Positions 51,547 to 60,419 are shown, counted from the stretch's first letter. The stretch: DNA of 63,536 nucleotides from Peptococcaceae bacterium (GCA_019415505.1 DXZC01000001.1:1-63536), one strand, 5' to 3'. The notes: generated by a model not told the origin, from the letters alone. Numbers and translations: made by a program.

Positions 51547-51804
51547 AAAAAAATCTCCTTACGATGACACCTGGTTTGTCAAAAATAAATTGCCTAGCAG
51601 AAATGAGGGCTTAATTGCATTACCCAACTAAGTTACTAAGCCCAGCTCGATAACGGCAATAAGCAACAACCGCCCTACCCCGCGCTTAACCTAGGGGCAA
51701 TGGCCGGACTTGCCCAAACTGGCGTTGGCAATCAACAAAGGGCAAAAATATCACGTAGAACGGTAAAGGCTATAACCGCCCCTGCTACTTAATCAAAATA
51801 ATTG

Positions 51805-51864
51805 GGTTACTGTAAAGTTTCAACTCCGGTAAGTCGGTTACTGCAAATTTTCAACTCCGGTAAG
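51805..51864. repeat. two tandem 29-nt repeats (period 31) in the HMA-cadA spacer
   Basis: ggttactgtaaagtttcaactccggtaag (51805-51833) and ggttactgcaaattttcaactccggtaag (51836-51864). Confidence 0.85.
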
Positions 51865-51929
51865 ATTGTTAAACTCACAGCCGCACAGTAAAAACTTTAT
51901 TTACCGGCTACGCCTAGGAAAATACGCAT

Positions 51930-52148
51930 TTACATTTTAATTATGCAACCGGACTCCACCTTCTTACAAACCTTAGCGGCCTCCGACATAATACTATCCC
52001 AATTTTCACTATCGCCCTCAATTATCAGCTTTTGCTGCATAAAGCTGATTGTGGCCTGGGAAACTCCGGGGATTTTCTTTATTTTCGCTTCCATTTTGGC
52101 GGCGCAATTAGCGCAATCTAAATTTTCCATTTTATAAGTTTTTTTCAT
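51930..52148 (-). CDS. free-standing heavy-metal-associated (HMA) domain protein
   Basis: 72 aa; the LDCANCAAKME CxxC motif is typical of the CadA N-terminal domain. Confidence 0.82.
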   Translation of the reverse strand: MKKTYKMENLDCANCAAKMEAKIKKIPGVSQATISFMQQKLIIEGDSENWDSIMSEAAKVCKKVESGCIIKM

Positions 52149-52165
52149 TTTTATTATTCCTTTCT

Positions 52166-52519
52166 TTATTCAGATATATGCTCCATACCTTGGTCGATTA
52201 TGGTACTGACATGACTATCGGAAAGGGAGTAAATAACAGTTTTCCCCTCCCGGCGGAATTTGACCAGTTTATTTTGCTTTAAAACCTGTAATTGATGGGA
52301 AATAGCCGATTGGGTCATATTGAGGACCTGGGCTAAATCGTAAACGCACATTTCAGATTCTAACAACACATAGAGAATTTTTATCCTGGTAGTATCGCCA
52401 AAGACCTTAAACAAATCCCCTAAGTCATAGAGAATTTCGTCATCAGGCATTGTCTCATTAACTCTAGCTATAACATCTTCATGGACGTGTAAAAATTCCC
52501 CGTTTTCACTATTAGCCAT
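52166..52519 (-). CDS. ArsR/SmtB-family metalloregulator (CadC-like)
   Basis: Winged HTH EMCVYDLAQVLNMTQSAISHQLQVLK. Start at 52519 or 52537; the latter lies inside the operator palindrome. Confidence 0.85.
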   Translation of the reverse strand: MANSENGEFLHVHEDVIARVNETMPDDEILYDLGDLFKVFGDTTRIKILYVLLESEMCVYDLAQVLNMTQSAISHQLQVLKQNKLVKFRREGKTVIYSLSDSHVSTIIDQGMEHISE

Positions 52520-52534
52520 AATTACATATCCTTT

Positions 52535-52556
52535 CATATGAATTATTGTTCATATG
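52535..52556. promoter_or_regulatory. ArsR/SmtB-type operator (8-6-8 inverted repeat)
   Basis: CATATGAA-TTATTG-TTCATATG lies immediately downstream of the -10 of the cadC promoter. Confidence 0.7.
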
Positions 52557-52559
52557 TTC

Positions 52560-52588
52560 ATTATAACAGTTATTCTGTAAATGTCAAT
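52560..52588 (-). promoter_or_regulatory. sigma-A promoter of the cadC-HMA(-cadA) unit
   Basis: Minus sense TTGACA-N17-TATAAT. Confidence 0.7.
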
Positions 52589-52716
52589 CCCTTTTAAGCC
52601 AAAAAATTGCGGCCCAGACCGCAAGCCGGGTCCTTGACTATTCTATGGTTAAAAGCCCCGTCAGTGTCTGTCCTCTGGTAAAAAAGGCGGCAAAAGGCCG
52701 CCAGCAGCTTAAACGC

Positions 52717-52745
52717 AAAAAAGACCAGGCCATAGCCTGGTCTTT
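52717..52745. terminator. strong terminator hairpin, one of three consecutive ones at 52599-52745
   Basis: AAAGACCAGGC-cata-GCCTGGTCTTT with TTTTTT in minus sense. Further hairpins: GGCGGC/GCCGCC+TTTTT (52686-52705) and TTGCGG/CCGCAA+TTTTTT (52599-52625). Confidence 0.75.
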
Positions 52746-53007
52746 ACCTAAGCACATAATATACAAACCTCTACTATTAACAGTCATAGTCATCCGCTTG
52801 ACGGACATGAGGAACCTGAGCGTCACAGACCCGCAGCTAAATTATGAGAGAACCTATTCGATACTATTTTAAACCAACAGGACCGCTCATAATTGGGCTG
52901 TTTATCTCTATTGACGATTGCACACGGCTGGTCCATACTTTCCCGCTCCCCAAGGCTAAAAGCCCAAATAGTAAGGGCAGCTGTAAAATGCAGCCGCCCC
53001 AAATCAT

Positions 53008-53787
53008 TTATTTTACTGTATTGTCATTATCGCCATTTTCCTTAACAGTAGGGATAAACTTTTTGGCAAACTTTCCTTGCCCCCGTCCTTTGATATAGAA
53101 AAAGCCAATAATGGAGAATACTACAGCGCCGATAAAGTTCACAAACAAATCCTTCATAGTATCCAACAAACCGATATCTAAATAACCACCATACTTGGCT
53201 AACCAATCCTCACCATTGACAATAAGGCTTTCAATGGGCACATGCTCTACAATATTTAAGCCCTGGGGATTAAGGGCCACGGAATTTATCACCGTCACAA
53301 AGGTATCCTTCTGCATATCCTTAGCAAAGAACAAATCCATGCCGCACTCAAAGAATTCCCACAAAACCCCAATGGTCATGGAGAAACAAAAGGCCACCAC
53401 AGCTACGAATAAGGGAGACAACTCCATGGAAAAATTATCACTGCGGTTAAAAATATCCACTAGAGCAAAGCCAATGGCTGCCATTAAAAAGCCATTTATG
53501 GTATGAAGCATAGTATCCCAATACGGTATTAAAGTATAGAAGGAATTAATTTCCCCTAAAATTTCCGCCGCAAAGATAAAGCAGAGGATAATCCCCTCTA
53601 AAGTGGGGGGAATATCTATACCCAACCTTCGGTCAATTATCAAGGGTATACTAAAAAGAATTAGGGTAAGTACCCCCATAAACATATTTTCATAATTACC
53701 CAAAAATCCTTGACGGATAATTACAAAAAGTACCAATAAAGACAATACAGCCCTGAGGGTCAGTTTATGTTTCACATTTTTTGCCAT
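53008..53787 (-). CDS. polytopic membrane protein of unknown function (possibly DUF2238/YjdF-like)
   Basis: About 7 TM helices. It has its own TTGACA-N17-TAAAAT promoter. ATG at 53787 follows AGAGGTGG. The family guess is weak. Confidence 0.5.
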   Translation of the reverse strand: MAKNVKHKLTLRAVLSLLVLFVIIRQGFLGNYENMFMGVLTLILFSIPLIIDRRLGIDIPPTLEGIILCFIFAAEILGEINSFYTLIPYWDTMLHTINGFLMAAIGFALVDIFNRSDNFSMELSPLFVAVVAFCFSMTIGVLWEFFECGMDLFFAKDMQKDTFVTVINSVALNPQGLNIVEHVPIESLIVNGEDWLAKYGGYLDIGLLDTMKDLFVNFIGAVVFSIIGFFYIKGRGQGKFAKKFIPTVKENGDNDNTVK

Positions 53788-53807
53788 TGTTTCCACCTCT
53801 GTCCCTT

Positions 53808-53836
53808 ATTTTAAGCTAAGGGAGTGCAAGTGTCAA
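53808..53836 (-). promoter_or_regulatory. sigma-A promoter of the 53008-53787 membrane-protein gene
   Basis: Minus sense TTGACA-N17-TAAAAT. Confidence 0.6.
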
Positions 53837-53853
53837 CAATTTTATGGGCTGTC

Positions 53854-54297
53854 TCACTCAGGCTCACAACAATTATGGCCGCCACCTTCATTATGGCAGT
53901 CACCCTCGTTATGACCGCCACAACTATGGTCATGATGGTTGCTGTGGTCATGGTGGTCACAGTGCACATCAGGATTATAGCTGAGAGAGCCGTCAAGGTA
54001 AGCTTTAACAGCCAGGTCAGCGTTGCCGTTAACCCCGCCGTATAGCTCTATACCCGCGCTTTTTAGGGCGTTTTGGGCACCGCCGCCAATACCGCCGCAA
54101 ATCAGCACCTCAACCCCCATATTTTTTAAAAATGTGGCCAAACCGCCGTGACCGTAAGTTCCCGAGGAAACCACAGCGGCGGAAGTTATTTCTTTGCCTG
54201 ACACATGAAAAATTTTAAAGCTTTTACAGTGGCCAAAATGCTGATAAATTGCCCCGCTCTCCTCTTCATAGGTTGTCGCTACTTTCAAATCACTCAT
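53854..54297 (-). CDS. NifB/NifX-family (dinitrogenase FeMo-cofactor-binding fold) protein with a His/Cys-rich C-terminal tail
   Basis: HFGHCKSFKIF and CGGIGGGAQNALKSAGIELY motifs. The tail is HCDHHDHSNHHDHSCGGHNEGDCHNEGGGHNCCEPE. Confidence 0.7.
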   Translation of the reverse strand: MSDLKVATTYEEESGAIYQHFGHCKSFKIFHVSGKEITSAAVVSSGTYGHGGLATFLKNMGVEVLICGGIGGGAQNALKSAGIELYGGVNGNADLAVKAYLDGSLSYNPDVHCDHHDHSNHHDHSCGGHNEGDCHNEGGGHNCCEPE

Positions 54298-54664
54298 TTT
54301 CTGTTGCCTCTCTTTCTTTTGTTTTTAAATTATGCTGCTTTGAACATACTTTTCTTTTGTTACATTTATCGCCGCACAGCTTGTACACTCCGCCCCTGAT
54401 ACGCAGGCAAGACCCTTCAACCATGAAAATCGCCACTTTTTTACGGGCTTGGTTATATATACGCTGCACCGTAGTGCGGGCAACCTCCATTTGAGCGGCA
54501 CATTCCTCCTGGTTAAGACCTAAATAATCTATCAGGCGGATAGCCTCAAACTCCTCCACGCTTAACTCTATGGGTCTGCCTTTGTCCGAAGCTGCTGTTT
54601 CAGAGTGAAAGGCTGTGCACCGGGGCATGGAGCAAACGCGCCGGCTTTTAGTTGGCCTGGACAT
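54290..54664 (-). CDS. DUF134/UPF0251-family predicted DNA-binding protein with a C-terminal Cys cluster
   Basis: MSRPTKSRRVCSMP N-terminus, sigma-70-region-4-like HTH (LNQEECAAQMEVARTTVQRIY), and C-terminal C-x10-C-x3-C-x6-C. The start is reassigned to ATG 54664. Confidence 0.7.
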   Translation of the reverse strand: MSRPTKSRRVCSMPRCTAFHSETAASDKGRPIELSVEEFEAIRLIDYLGLNQEECAAQMEVARTTVQRIYNQARKKVAIFMVEGSCLRIRGGVYKLCGDKCNKRKVCSKQHNLKTKEREATENE

Positions 54665-54720
54665 ATGCCACCTCCATTTATAACATATGTCCATTATATC
54701 ACTTTTTGAACATATGTCAA
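54661..54720 (-). promoter_or_regulatory. promoter of the DUF134-NifX-like unit with three (G/A)ACATATGT boxes
   Basis: Minus sense TTGACA-N16-TATAAT (54693-54720). ACATATG boxes at 54710-54716 (overlaps -35), 54683-54689 (just after -10) and 54661-54667 (overlaps the start codon). Confidence 0.6.
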
Positions 54721-54757
54721 GAATAAAAGAAAGACAGTAAAGGCGCTAAAACCTCAG

Positions 54758-54786
54758 TTTACCTATTCGCGGCTTTATGCTATAAT
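54758..54786 (+). promoter_or_regulatory. sigma-A promoter of ybaK-like gene
   Basis: TTTACC-N17-TATAAT with a TGc extended -10. Confidence 0.5.
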
Positions 54787-54835
54787 ATGCAATAATCAGA
54801 CCAGCAAGAAAAATCTTTAGATGGGGAGAAAAGAT

Positions 54836-55303
54836 ATGTCCGTAGAAAAAGTACGAGATTATTTTGCCAGTTTTGGCATAGCCCATAGAGTCAGGGAGGT
54901 AGAAGGATCCAGCGCTACCGTGGAACTGGCCGCCGCCGCCTTAAATACCGAGGCGGCCCGTATTGGCAAAACACTTTCCTTTCGCCAGGGCGATGGTTGC
55001 TTATTGGTAGTGACCTCCGGCGATATGAAAATAGATAACAAAAAATTTAAAGAGACCTTTGGCTTAAAAGCTAAAATGCTTACACCGGAAGAAGCCCTGG
55101 CTATGACAGGCCACGCCGTGGGCGGTGTATGCCCCTTTGCTCTACCAGAGGGGGTGCCGGTCTATTTAGACCAATCCCTCCAGCGGTTTGACACTATCTT
55201 TCCCGCCTGCGGCAGTAGTAATAGTATGATAGAACTGACCCCGTCTGAGTTGGTCACCTATGCTAATAATGCAAAATGGGTGGACGTCTGCAAAGCAAGA
55301 TAA
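54836..55303 (+). CDS. YbaK/EbsC-family aminoacyl-tRNA deacylase
   Basis: KTLxF..., GHAVGGVCPF motif; 155 aa. Start ATG 54836 follows GGGGAG. Confidence 0.78.
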   Translation: MSVEKVRDYFASFGIAHRVREVEGSSATVELAAAALNTEAARIGKTLSFRQGDGCLLVVTSGDMKIDNKKFKETFGLKAKMLTPEEALAMTGHAVGGVCPFALPEGVPVYLDQSLQRFDTIFPACGSSNSMIELTPSELVTYANNAKWVDVCKAR

Positions 55304-55484
55304 ATAAAAACCCGCTTTTAGAGTACCCTACATTAAGAAGGGCGCCTCAAGGCGGCCTGTATCTCAAATTAAATATTGTTGGCGTATACGGTGTAGCCAT
55401 TGGCTATGCCATGAAAATACGGAGCCGAAAACGGTTATTGCTGCAATTTTAAGCAAGTTACGCCACAAACTTTACGACGAAAGG

Positions 55485-56159
55485 GTGGTTTTTACGATAA
55501 AATTACTAAGTAAATTTTGCGACCAGATCTGGTTATATATCGTATATGGGCTGGGAATCGTAATGGCAATCGTTCTGTTGCTAAACTGGGCTGACTGGTC
55601 TATTGCGCAGAGATTGATTTGCCTGTTGGCAGTGGCCATACCTATGCACATCTTTGAAGAAAATACATATCCCGGTGGGTTTTTCTTTATGAACAATCTT
55701 AACTTTGGCTCTCAGCAACCCACTGTATATCCTCAAAATCGTGCCACAAATATGGTTACTAACCTCGGCGCAGAAATAGTTTTCATACTACTTACTATAA
55801 AGGCCGTTGACATGGAACCTATCGTCACTGTGGTGGTTATCTTCTTTGGCATTGTTGAAACAGTAAACCACACCAGAGAAGGAATCGCTATGCGTTCCCG
55901 CTATCGTACACGTGGAAAGCGTACCATATACGCCCCCGGTTTGCTGACGTCTCTGTGCCCTTTACTGCCTATGGCGATTTTTGGTATCCTTTGGCTGAAA
56001 AACAACCCGTTTGGTGCAACAGATATCTTATATGGCATTGGCATTTCCCTGGGCATTGCAGTATGCCTGATACTTATCCCGTTTGGAATTTCCTACAAAG
56101 TGAAAAGTGCAGAATTTTCTTTTAAGAACATCGGTTACTTTGAGAAATATGAGAATTGA
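55485..56159 (+). CDS. HXXEE-domain membrane protein
   Basis: MHIFEE motif in the second helix; polytopic. The start codon is uncertain (GTG 55485 or ATG 55563). Confidence 0.6.
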   Translation: MVFTIKLLSKFCDQIWLYIVYGLGIVMAIVLLLNWADWSIAQRLICLLAVAIPMHIFEENTYPGGFFFMNNLNFGSQQPTVYPQNRATNMVTNLGAEIVFILLTIKAVDMEPIVTVVVIFFGIVETVNHTREGIAMRSRYRTRGKRTIYAPGLLTSLCPLLPMAIFGILWLKNNPFGATDILYGIGISLGIAVCLILIPFGISYKVKSAEFSFKNIGYFEKYEN

Positions 56160-56294
56160 ATACAGCGGTAAAAACATAACAGCCGATTAGTAATTTTAAT
56201 GATATGACCCCAAAAGTTGAACTTTTGGGGTCATATCATTTATAGTTTATAGTCCATAAATTATATTGCAAGCTATTACGCCAATATCTTAAAA

Positions 56295-56807
56295 CTAAAC
56301 GTAATACACTCTACCTGGTTTTATTTCCGTCTTCTCTTTTTCGTCCCGCGCATAGCCCAAAATACAGAAACCAATTCCTTCTACTTCATCTTCAAGGCCC
56401 CATTGTCTCAACATTGTTTTGCCCTCTTCAGTTTCAAACACCTCTTTTGCCCGGTGGATCCACCGGGAATCAATACCCATTGACCAGGCGGCATTCATCA
56501 TGTTACCCATTGCCAAGCTGCCATCATAAATATATGTACATTCCTTTTGGGCTAAAACAATTACTACATCCTTGGCGCCATAGAACGGGTCAAAGGGCAT
56601 TCCACCTATAGCCGCATTCATTTCCGACAGTTTCTGCACTACGGCGTCATCTGATACAACTACAAACCGCGGGGTTTGCCTGTTCATACCTGTTGGTGCA
56701 TTGAGGCCAGCTTCTACGATTTCAGCAATAAGGTCTTTTGGCACATGTTTGTCCTGGTAGCTATTACAGCTCTTTCTGCTTACTATATTTTTTACTGTTT
56801 CGTTCAT
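56295..56807 (-). CDS. nitroreductase-family protein
   Basis: SRKSCNSY and PTGMNRQ motifs in an FMN-nitroreductase-like fold. ATG at 56807 follows GGAG. Confidence 0.8.
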   Translation of the reverse strand: MNETVKNIVSRKSCNSYQDKHVPKDLIAEIVEAGLNAPTGMNRQTPRFVVVSDDAVVQKLSEMNAAIGGMPFDPFYGAKDVVIVLAQKECTYIYDGSLAMGNMMNAAWSMGIDSRWIHRAKEVFETEEGKTMLRQWGLEDEVEGIGFCILGYARDEKEKTEIKPGRVYYV

Positions 56808-56875
56808 TGCCAACATCTCCATTCTGATATGATTTTACCGCCTTTGAGAGAGTATATATAACACATATTAATATG

Positions 56876-57454
56876 TTACTTAAACGCATACCCTTTTACT
56901 ACACTGAATGCCCCGTTGTCGCCAATTTCCGCCAAAAGTCCAATCACATCATCAATTTCAAAAGCGTTGTCTCCTCTGAAGCAATAATCCAGCACATTGA
57001 TTACCCCCGCCAAATGATATTTTAAGGTTATATCAAGCCTATGGAAGTCCTTTTCTGACATATCAGTTATATCAAACAGCATACCATCCTTGGCCAGTTT
57101 TAAAATCCTCTCAATAAACACATTCTTATTTTGCCTGATAAATAAATACAAAATATCACTATTGGCGGGAATAAGACCGATAAGCTCTCTAGTGATGGCA
57201 TTCACATCAAAGGTTTCATATTTGTCCAAAATTCCCTTGAACTGCCCAATCAATTTGTCCTGTATTTCAGCCTCAACAGAATCTTGTAAATCATAAGTGT
57301 CTTTATAATATGTATAGAAAGTGGAACGGTTGATATTTGCCCGTTTACAGATATCTTTCACGCTGATATATGAATTTGCATCTTTCCGATAGAACTCTAT
57401 AAAGGCGTTTTTAATTATATCCTGTGTCTCTTTACGCTTTTTCGAATATACCAT
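56876..57454 (-). CDS. TetR/AcrR-family transcriptional regulator
   Basis: HTH ISVKDICKRANINRSTFYTYYKD. Confidence 0.87.
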   Translation of the reverse strand: MVYSKKRKETQDIIKNAFIEFYRKDANSYISVKDICKRANINRSTFYTYYKDTYDLQDSVEAEIQDKLIGQFKGILDKYETFDVNAITRELIGLIPANSDILYLFIRQNKNVFIERILKLAKDGMLFDITDMSEKDFHRLDITLKYHLAGVINVLDYCFRGDNAFEIDDVIGLLAEIGDNGAFSVVKGYAFK

Positions 57455-57481
57455 AAAGTCACCTTTCTCACTGGGAATCTG

Positions 57482-58642
57482 TTATGCTTTGGCCTTTTTC
57501 AATAAAGACAGATAGGAAAGCGCCAGGCCGATTGCGGCAAGTATTATCATCTTCACTGTTGCCGGGTTAAACCAGCTACCTCCCATAAGGAATACTTCCT
57601 GGAGGCCTTGACCAATATTTCTAATGGGTGCCCAAGGATAAATCCAGGTCTGCCAGAATCCGGGCAGAGCTTCATAAGGCGCGTACATCGCACCCATACT
57701 CAGGAACATTGCCAAAGCCGCCAGCGCCAAACCGCCAAAGCCCAGCCATCTCATTACTCCTAAGAGTAACATCATTATACCAAAAACAGCAAATATTAAA
57801 TAGCCAAAAGTATACCCTACATTGATATCAAAGCCAATAATATGCTTGAGAATCAAGGCCAGCGTTATGGCAACTACCGCGGAAGATACCAGGCCCACAC
57901 AAACCTGAATGTTGATTTTTTTCGCAGACTCTTTAACATCTGTAACACCGTGCTTTTTGTTGAACAGATAAAGCATCACTGTGCCAATCAAGGTTGCCAT
58001 CCAGGCCATCATGCCGGCCAAAACGTGTCCGTTCGCTGACATAAGCCCGGAGCCCATGTTGTCCACCGGATTTATATGTTCAACTTTGCTTATAACAGGA
58101 GCGTCATAGTAAGCCAGCTGTTCCTGGGTGATATTGATACCGGCAGAAGCAAAGGCCGCCGCCACCTGAGGTTTCATCATTTCTCCCATTTGGTCTACCA
58201 TTGCGGTCATTGCTGTTTCCATCATAGTTCCCATCATGCCGAAGCTGCCCTGATTTATATAAAGCTCCAGCTCCGGAGCCTGGGGAGTGTCGCTGGTCAT
58301 GGTCATCTGGAGCTGTGTAAAATTCTCTGGTATTACTATAACAGCACAGAAGTCGCCGTCTTCAGCTTTTTTTAAGGCCTCGTCCTTGTCATCTAGAACT
58401 GTGATTTTTATGGCCTCATTTTCCTTATCTACGTTCTCTATATTCTGCAAAAGCGTTTCCCCGGCATTAACACTCTGCACCGGTGTAGTTACTCCTGCGT
58501 CTTGCGAGACAATTGCCACCGGCATATCCTTCATTTCCATATTCACCATAGGATAAAGTGAAAAACAGAAAATGAAAGCAATGATAATCGGCGCGATAAT
58601 CGCCATCGCTAGAAAACTTCTGCTATTGATTTTGTCAAACAT
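57482..58642 (-). CDS. YhgE/Pip-like (ABC-2/DUF3533-type) membrane protein
   Basis: N-terminal TM helix, a large extracytoplasmic loop and a C-terminal bundle of 5 TM helices. It is co-oriented with the downstream TetR gene. Confidence 0.6.
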   Translation of the reverse strand: MFDKINSRSFLAMAIIAPIIIAFIFCFSLYPMVNMEMKDMPVAIVSQDAGVTTPVQSVNAGETLLQNIENVDKENEAIKITVLDDKDEALKKAEDGDFCAVIVIPENFTQLQMTMTSDTPQAPELELYINQGSFGMMGTMMETAMTAMVDQMGEMMKPQVAAAFASAGINITQEQLAYYDAPVISKVEHINPVDNMGSGLMSANGHVLAGMMAWMATLIGTVMLYLFNKKHGVTDVKESAKKINIQVCVGLVSSAVVAITLALILKHIIGFDINVGYTFGYLIFAVFGIMMLLLGVMRWLGFGGLALAALAMFLSMGAMYAPYEALPGFWQTWIYPWAPIRNIGQGLQEVFLMGGSWFNPATVKMIILAAIGLALSYLSLLKKAKA

Positions 58643-58697
58643 AATTTTCCCTCCTTGAAATAATTTTGCTAAATGATTTTTTCGCTGCCAGCATTCC

Positions 58698-58754
58698 CAA
58701 CATTATGTTGTATTTTATACCTTTATTATAATAATGGACTTGATATTAATTCAA
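58698..58754 (-). promoter_or_regulatory. promoter plus candidate TetR operator of the yhgE-tetR unit
   Basis: Minus sense TTGAAT-N18-TATAAT (58725-58754). The palindrome CAACAT-T-ATGTTG (58698-58710) lies about 15 nt downstream of the -10. Confidence 0.5.
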
Positions 58755-58831
58755 CCAGCAATAAAATACAATGTGTTGGATTTTGAAAGCCCTACGCCTT
58801 ATGCAAGAATCAAGTCGAGAAATAAAACAAA

Positions 58832-58862
58832 GGCGGCAGGTTTCCCCACCGCCATGCTGACT
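58832..58862 (-). terminator. rho-independent terminator of the MttB-family gene
   Basis: GGCGG-12 nt-GCCGCC followed by TTTGTTTTATTT in minus sense, about 165 nt after the stop. Confidence 0.6.
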
Positions 58863-59024
58863 ATGTGTAAATGATTTCCTCTTCCCAATATCCCCCGCCC
58901 ACGCCGGTATGATATTGAGTCTTTGCACCCCTGCACCCATTTAAAGAAGTTTTCCGCCCCTAATCGCTCTGCAATCCCTTGCGCCTGTTTCAGCGGCGCT
59001 TTAAATATACATTATTCGTTAGCC

Positions 59025-60419
59025 TTAATCGGTGAGAAAAGAACGCAACTGTTTTGCCACGCTTTTTTCCAAATACGGCTGCTCATAGGCGGCTAAACGC
59101 TCAGACACCTTTTGGCTGGTGTGGGCCAGGAAGGTTTCACCCTTAGCCCGCCATACTTCATAATTGTCCCGATTAGCTAAAGGCGGCGTATATAGGAGTG
59201 AATTATAATTGGCAAAGGTCGTCTCGTGGTCCAGGTAATTGCCCATGGCGCCCACCTGGCCAATGCTGGCCAGTAAATCCTCTTGCAGAGGGGGCGCCCC
59301 ATTATATAATCGGTCTATCCGGCCAATGGTTTCCTCATCTAACAGCCACTTTTCGTAGCTGATGGAAAGAAAGGAATCCATGGCTCCTAAAGCGTGAAAC
59401 ATCAAATTAACCCCCGCGTCCCTTGCTTGCTTTAGATTTAGGGCGCTTTCCACTCCAGCCTGGGCGTCCACGGCTTTAGCGTCGCTTAAACCGCCGCCGC
59501 TGCGGTATGGCAAACAGTAATACCGGGCCAGCTGGCCGCTTAAAGCGGAGATTAACGCGTATTCCGGCGCCCCCAAGGTGCAGTTCATCTGGCGCATCTC
59601 CACGGCAGTGGAGGTATTACCGTAAACCACCGGGGTACCGGGGTTAACCAACTGGGCCAAGGTTATGCCGGCCAACAGCTCGGCATTATTGCAAACCACA
59701 GTTTCACCTATGCCCAGGGGCGAGGATAAACCCATGAGGGAACAACAAGTAACTACAATGGGCTGACCCTTCTCGGCATAGGCTACCAGGGCCTGGAGCA
59801 TCTTTTCATCCCAGGCCAAGGGAGAAAAACTGTTGATTATCGCCAGGGTGTAAAGGCCGGAGGAATCGCCCCTGGCCAAGGCTGCCATGGACAGGGAGCG
59901 GCGGGCTATCTCGCCATCCTGGGAAAGCCCCAAAACTGGCTTGTCCGACAGGACAAGGGCATTATACATTTGGGTCAATAGCCCGGACCTGCCCTGAAGC
60001 TCTTGGGGATAAACCAGCCCCCCGCAGGATAGAGCGCAAACATCGGATAGCTGAGAGAAGCGCAAAAAATTCTCCTGATCTGCCACTGTAGCGGGGCGGC
60101 GCCTGTAGTCAGGCTCTAAAACAAAAACCACCCCCACTGTAGGAGCATACAAGGGAGCCTGGCCCAAGCCGATAGTCAAATCCTGGGCCGGATTTCTGGC
60201 GCTCAGGGTAAAACTTGCCGGGGCGGCAGCGAGAAACTCCTCTACCAGGCCAGAGGGGATATATACTTTTTTACCGTCAACCTTGGCGCCATGGCGCCGA
60301 AATATTTCAACCGCCTCCGGCCATAAGATAGCTACGCCCTCCTCAGCCAACACCTTCATGGTCGCCTCGTGAATCCGGGCTAATTCATTATCGTCTACTA
60401 CATTCCAGTAATTCATCAT
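59025..60419 (-). CDS. MttB-superfamily methyltransferase without pyrrolysine (quaternary-amine:corrinoid methyltransferase candidate)
   Basis: N-terminus ...DDNELARIHEATMKVLAEEGV is typical of the MttB family. The frame is uninterrupted with no in-frame TAG. The likely start is ATGATG at 60419 after GGAG. Confidence 0.8.
   Translation of the reverse strand: MMNYWNVVDDNELARIHEATMKVLAEEGVAILWPEAVEIFRRHGAKVDGKKVYIPSGLVEEFLAAAPASFTLSARNPAQDLTIGLGQAPLYAPTVGVVFVLEPDYRRRPATVADQENFLRFSQLSDVCALSCGGLVYPQELQGRSGLLTQMYNALVLSDKPVLGLSQDGEIARRSLSMAALARGDSSGLYTLAIINSFSPLAWDEKMLQALVAYAEKGQPIVVTCCSLMGLSSPLGIGETVVCNNAELLAGITLAQLVNPGTPVVYGNTSTAVEMRQMNCTLGAPEYALISALSGQLARYYCLPYRSGGGLSDAKAVDAQAGVESALNLKQARDAGVNLMFHALGAMDSFLSISYEKWLLDEETIGRIDRLYNGAPPLQEDLLASIGQVGAMGNYLDHETTFANYNSLLYTPPLANRDNYEVWRAKGETFLAHTSQKVSERLAAYEQPYLEKSVAKQLRSFLTD

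Noticed and set aside
53811-54045. Two small ORFs (53811-53996 on the minus strand, 53824-54045 on the plus strand) with Thr/Met/Val-rich repetitive products.
   Set aside because: They overlap the His/Cys-rich tail of the NifX-like gene. The repetitive CAC/CAT/GAC codons of that tail generate open frames in other phases, and there is no independent start signal.
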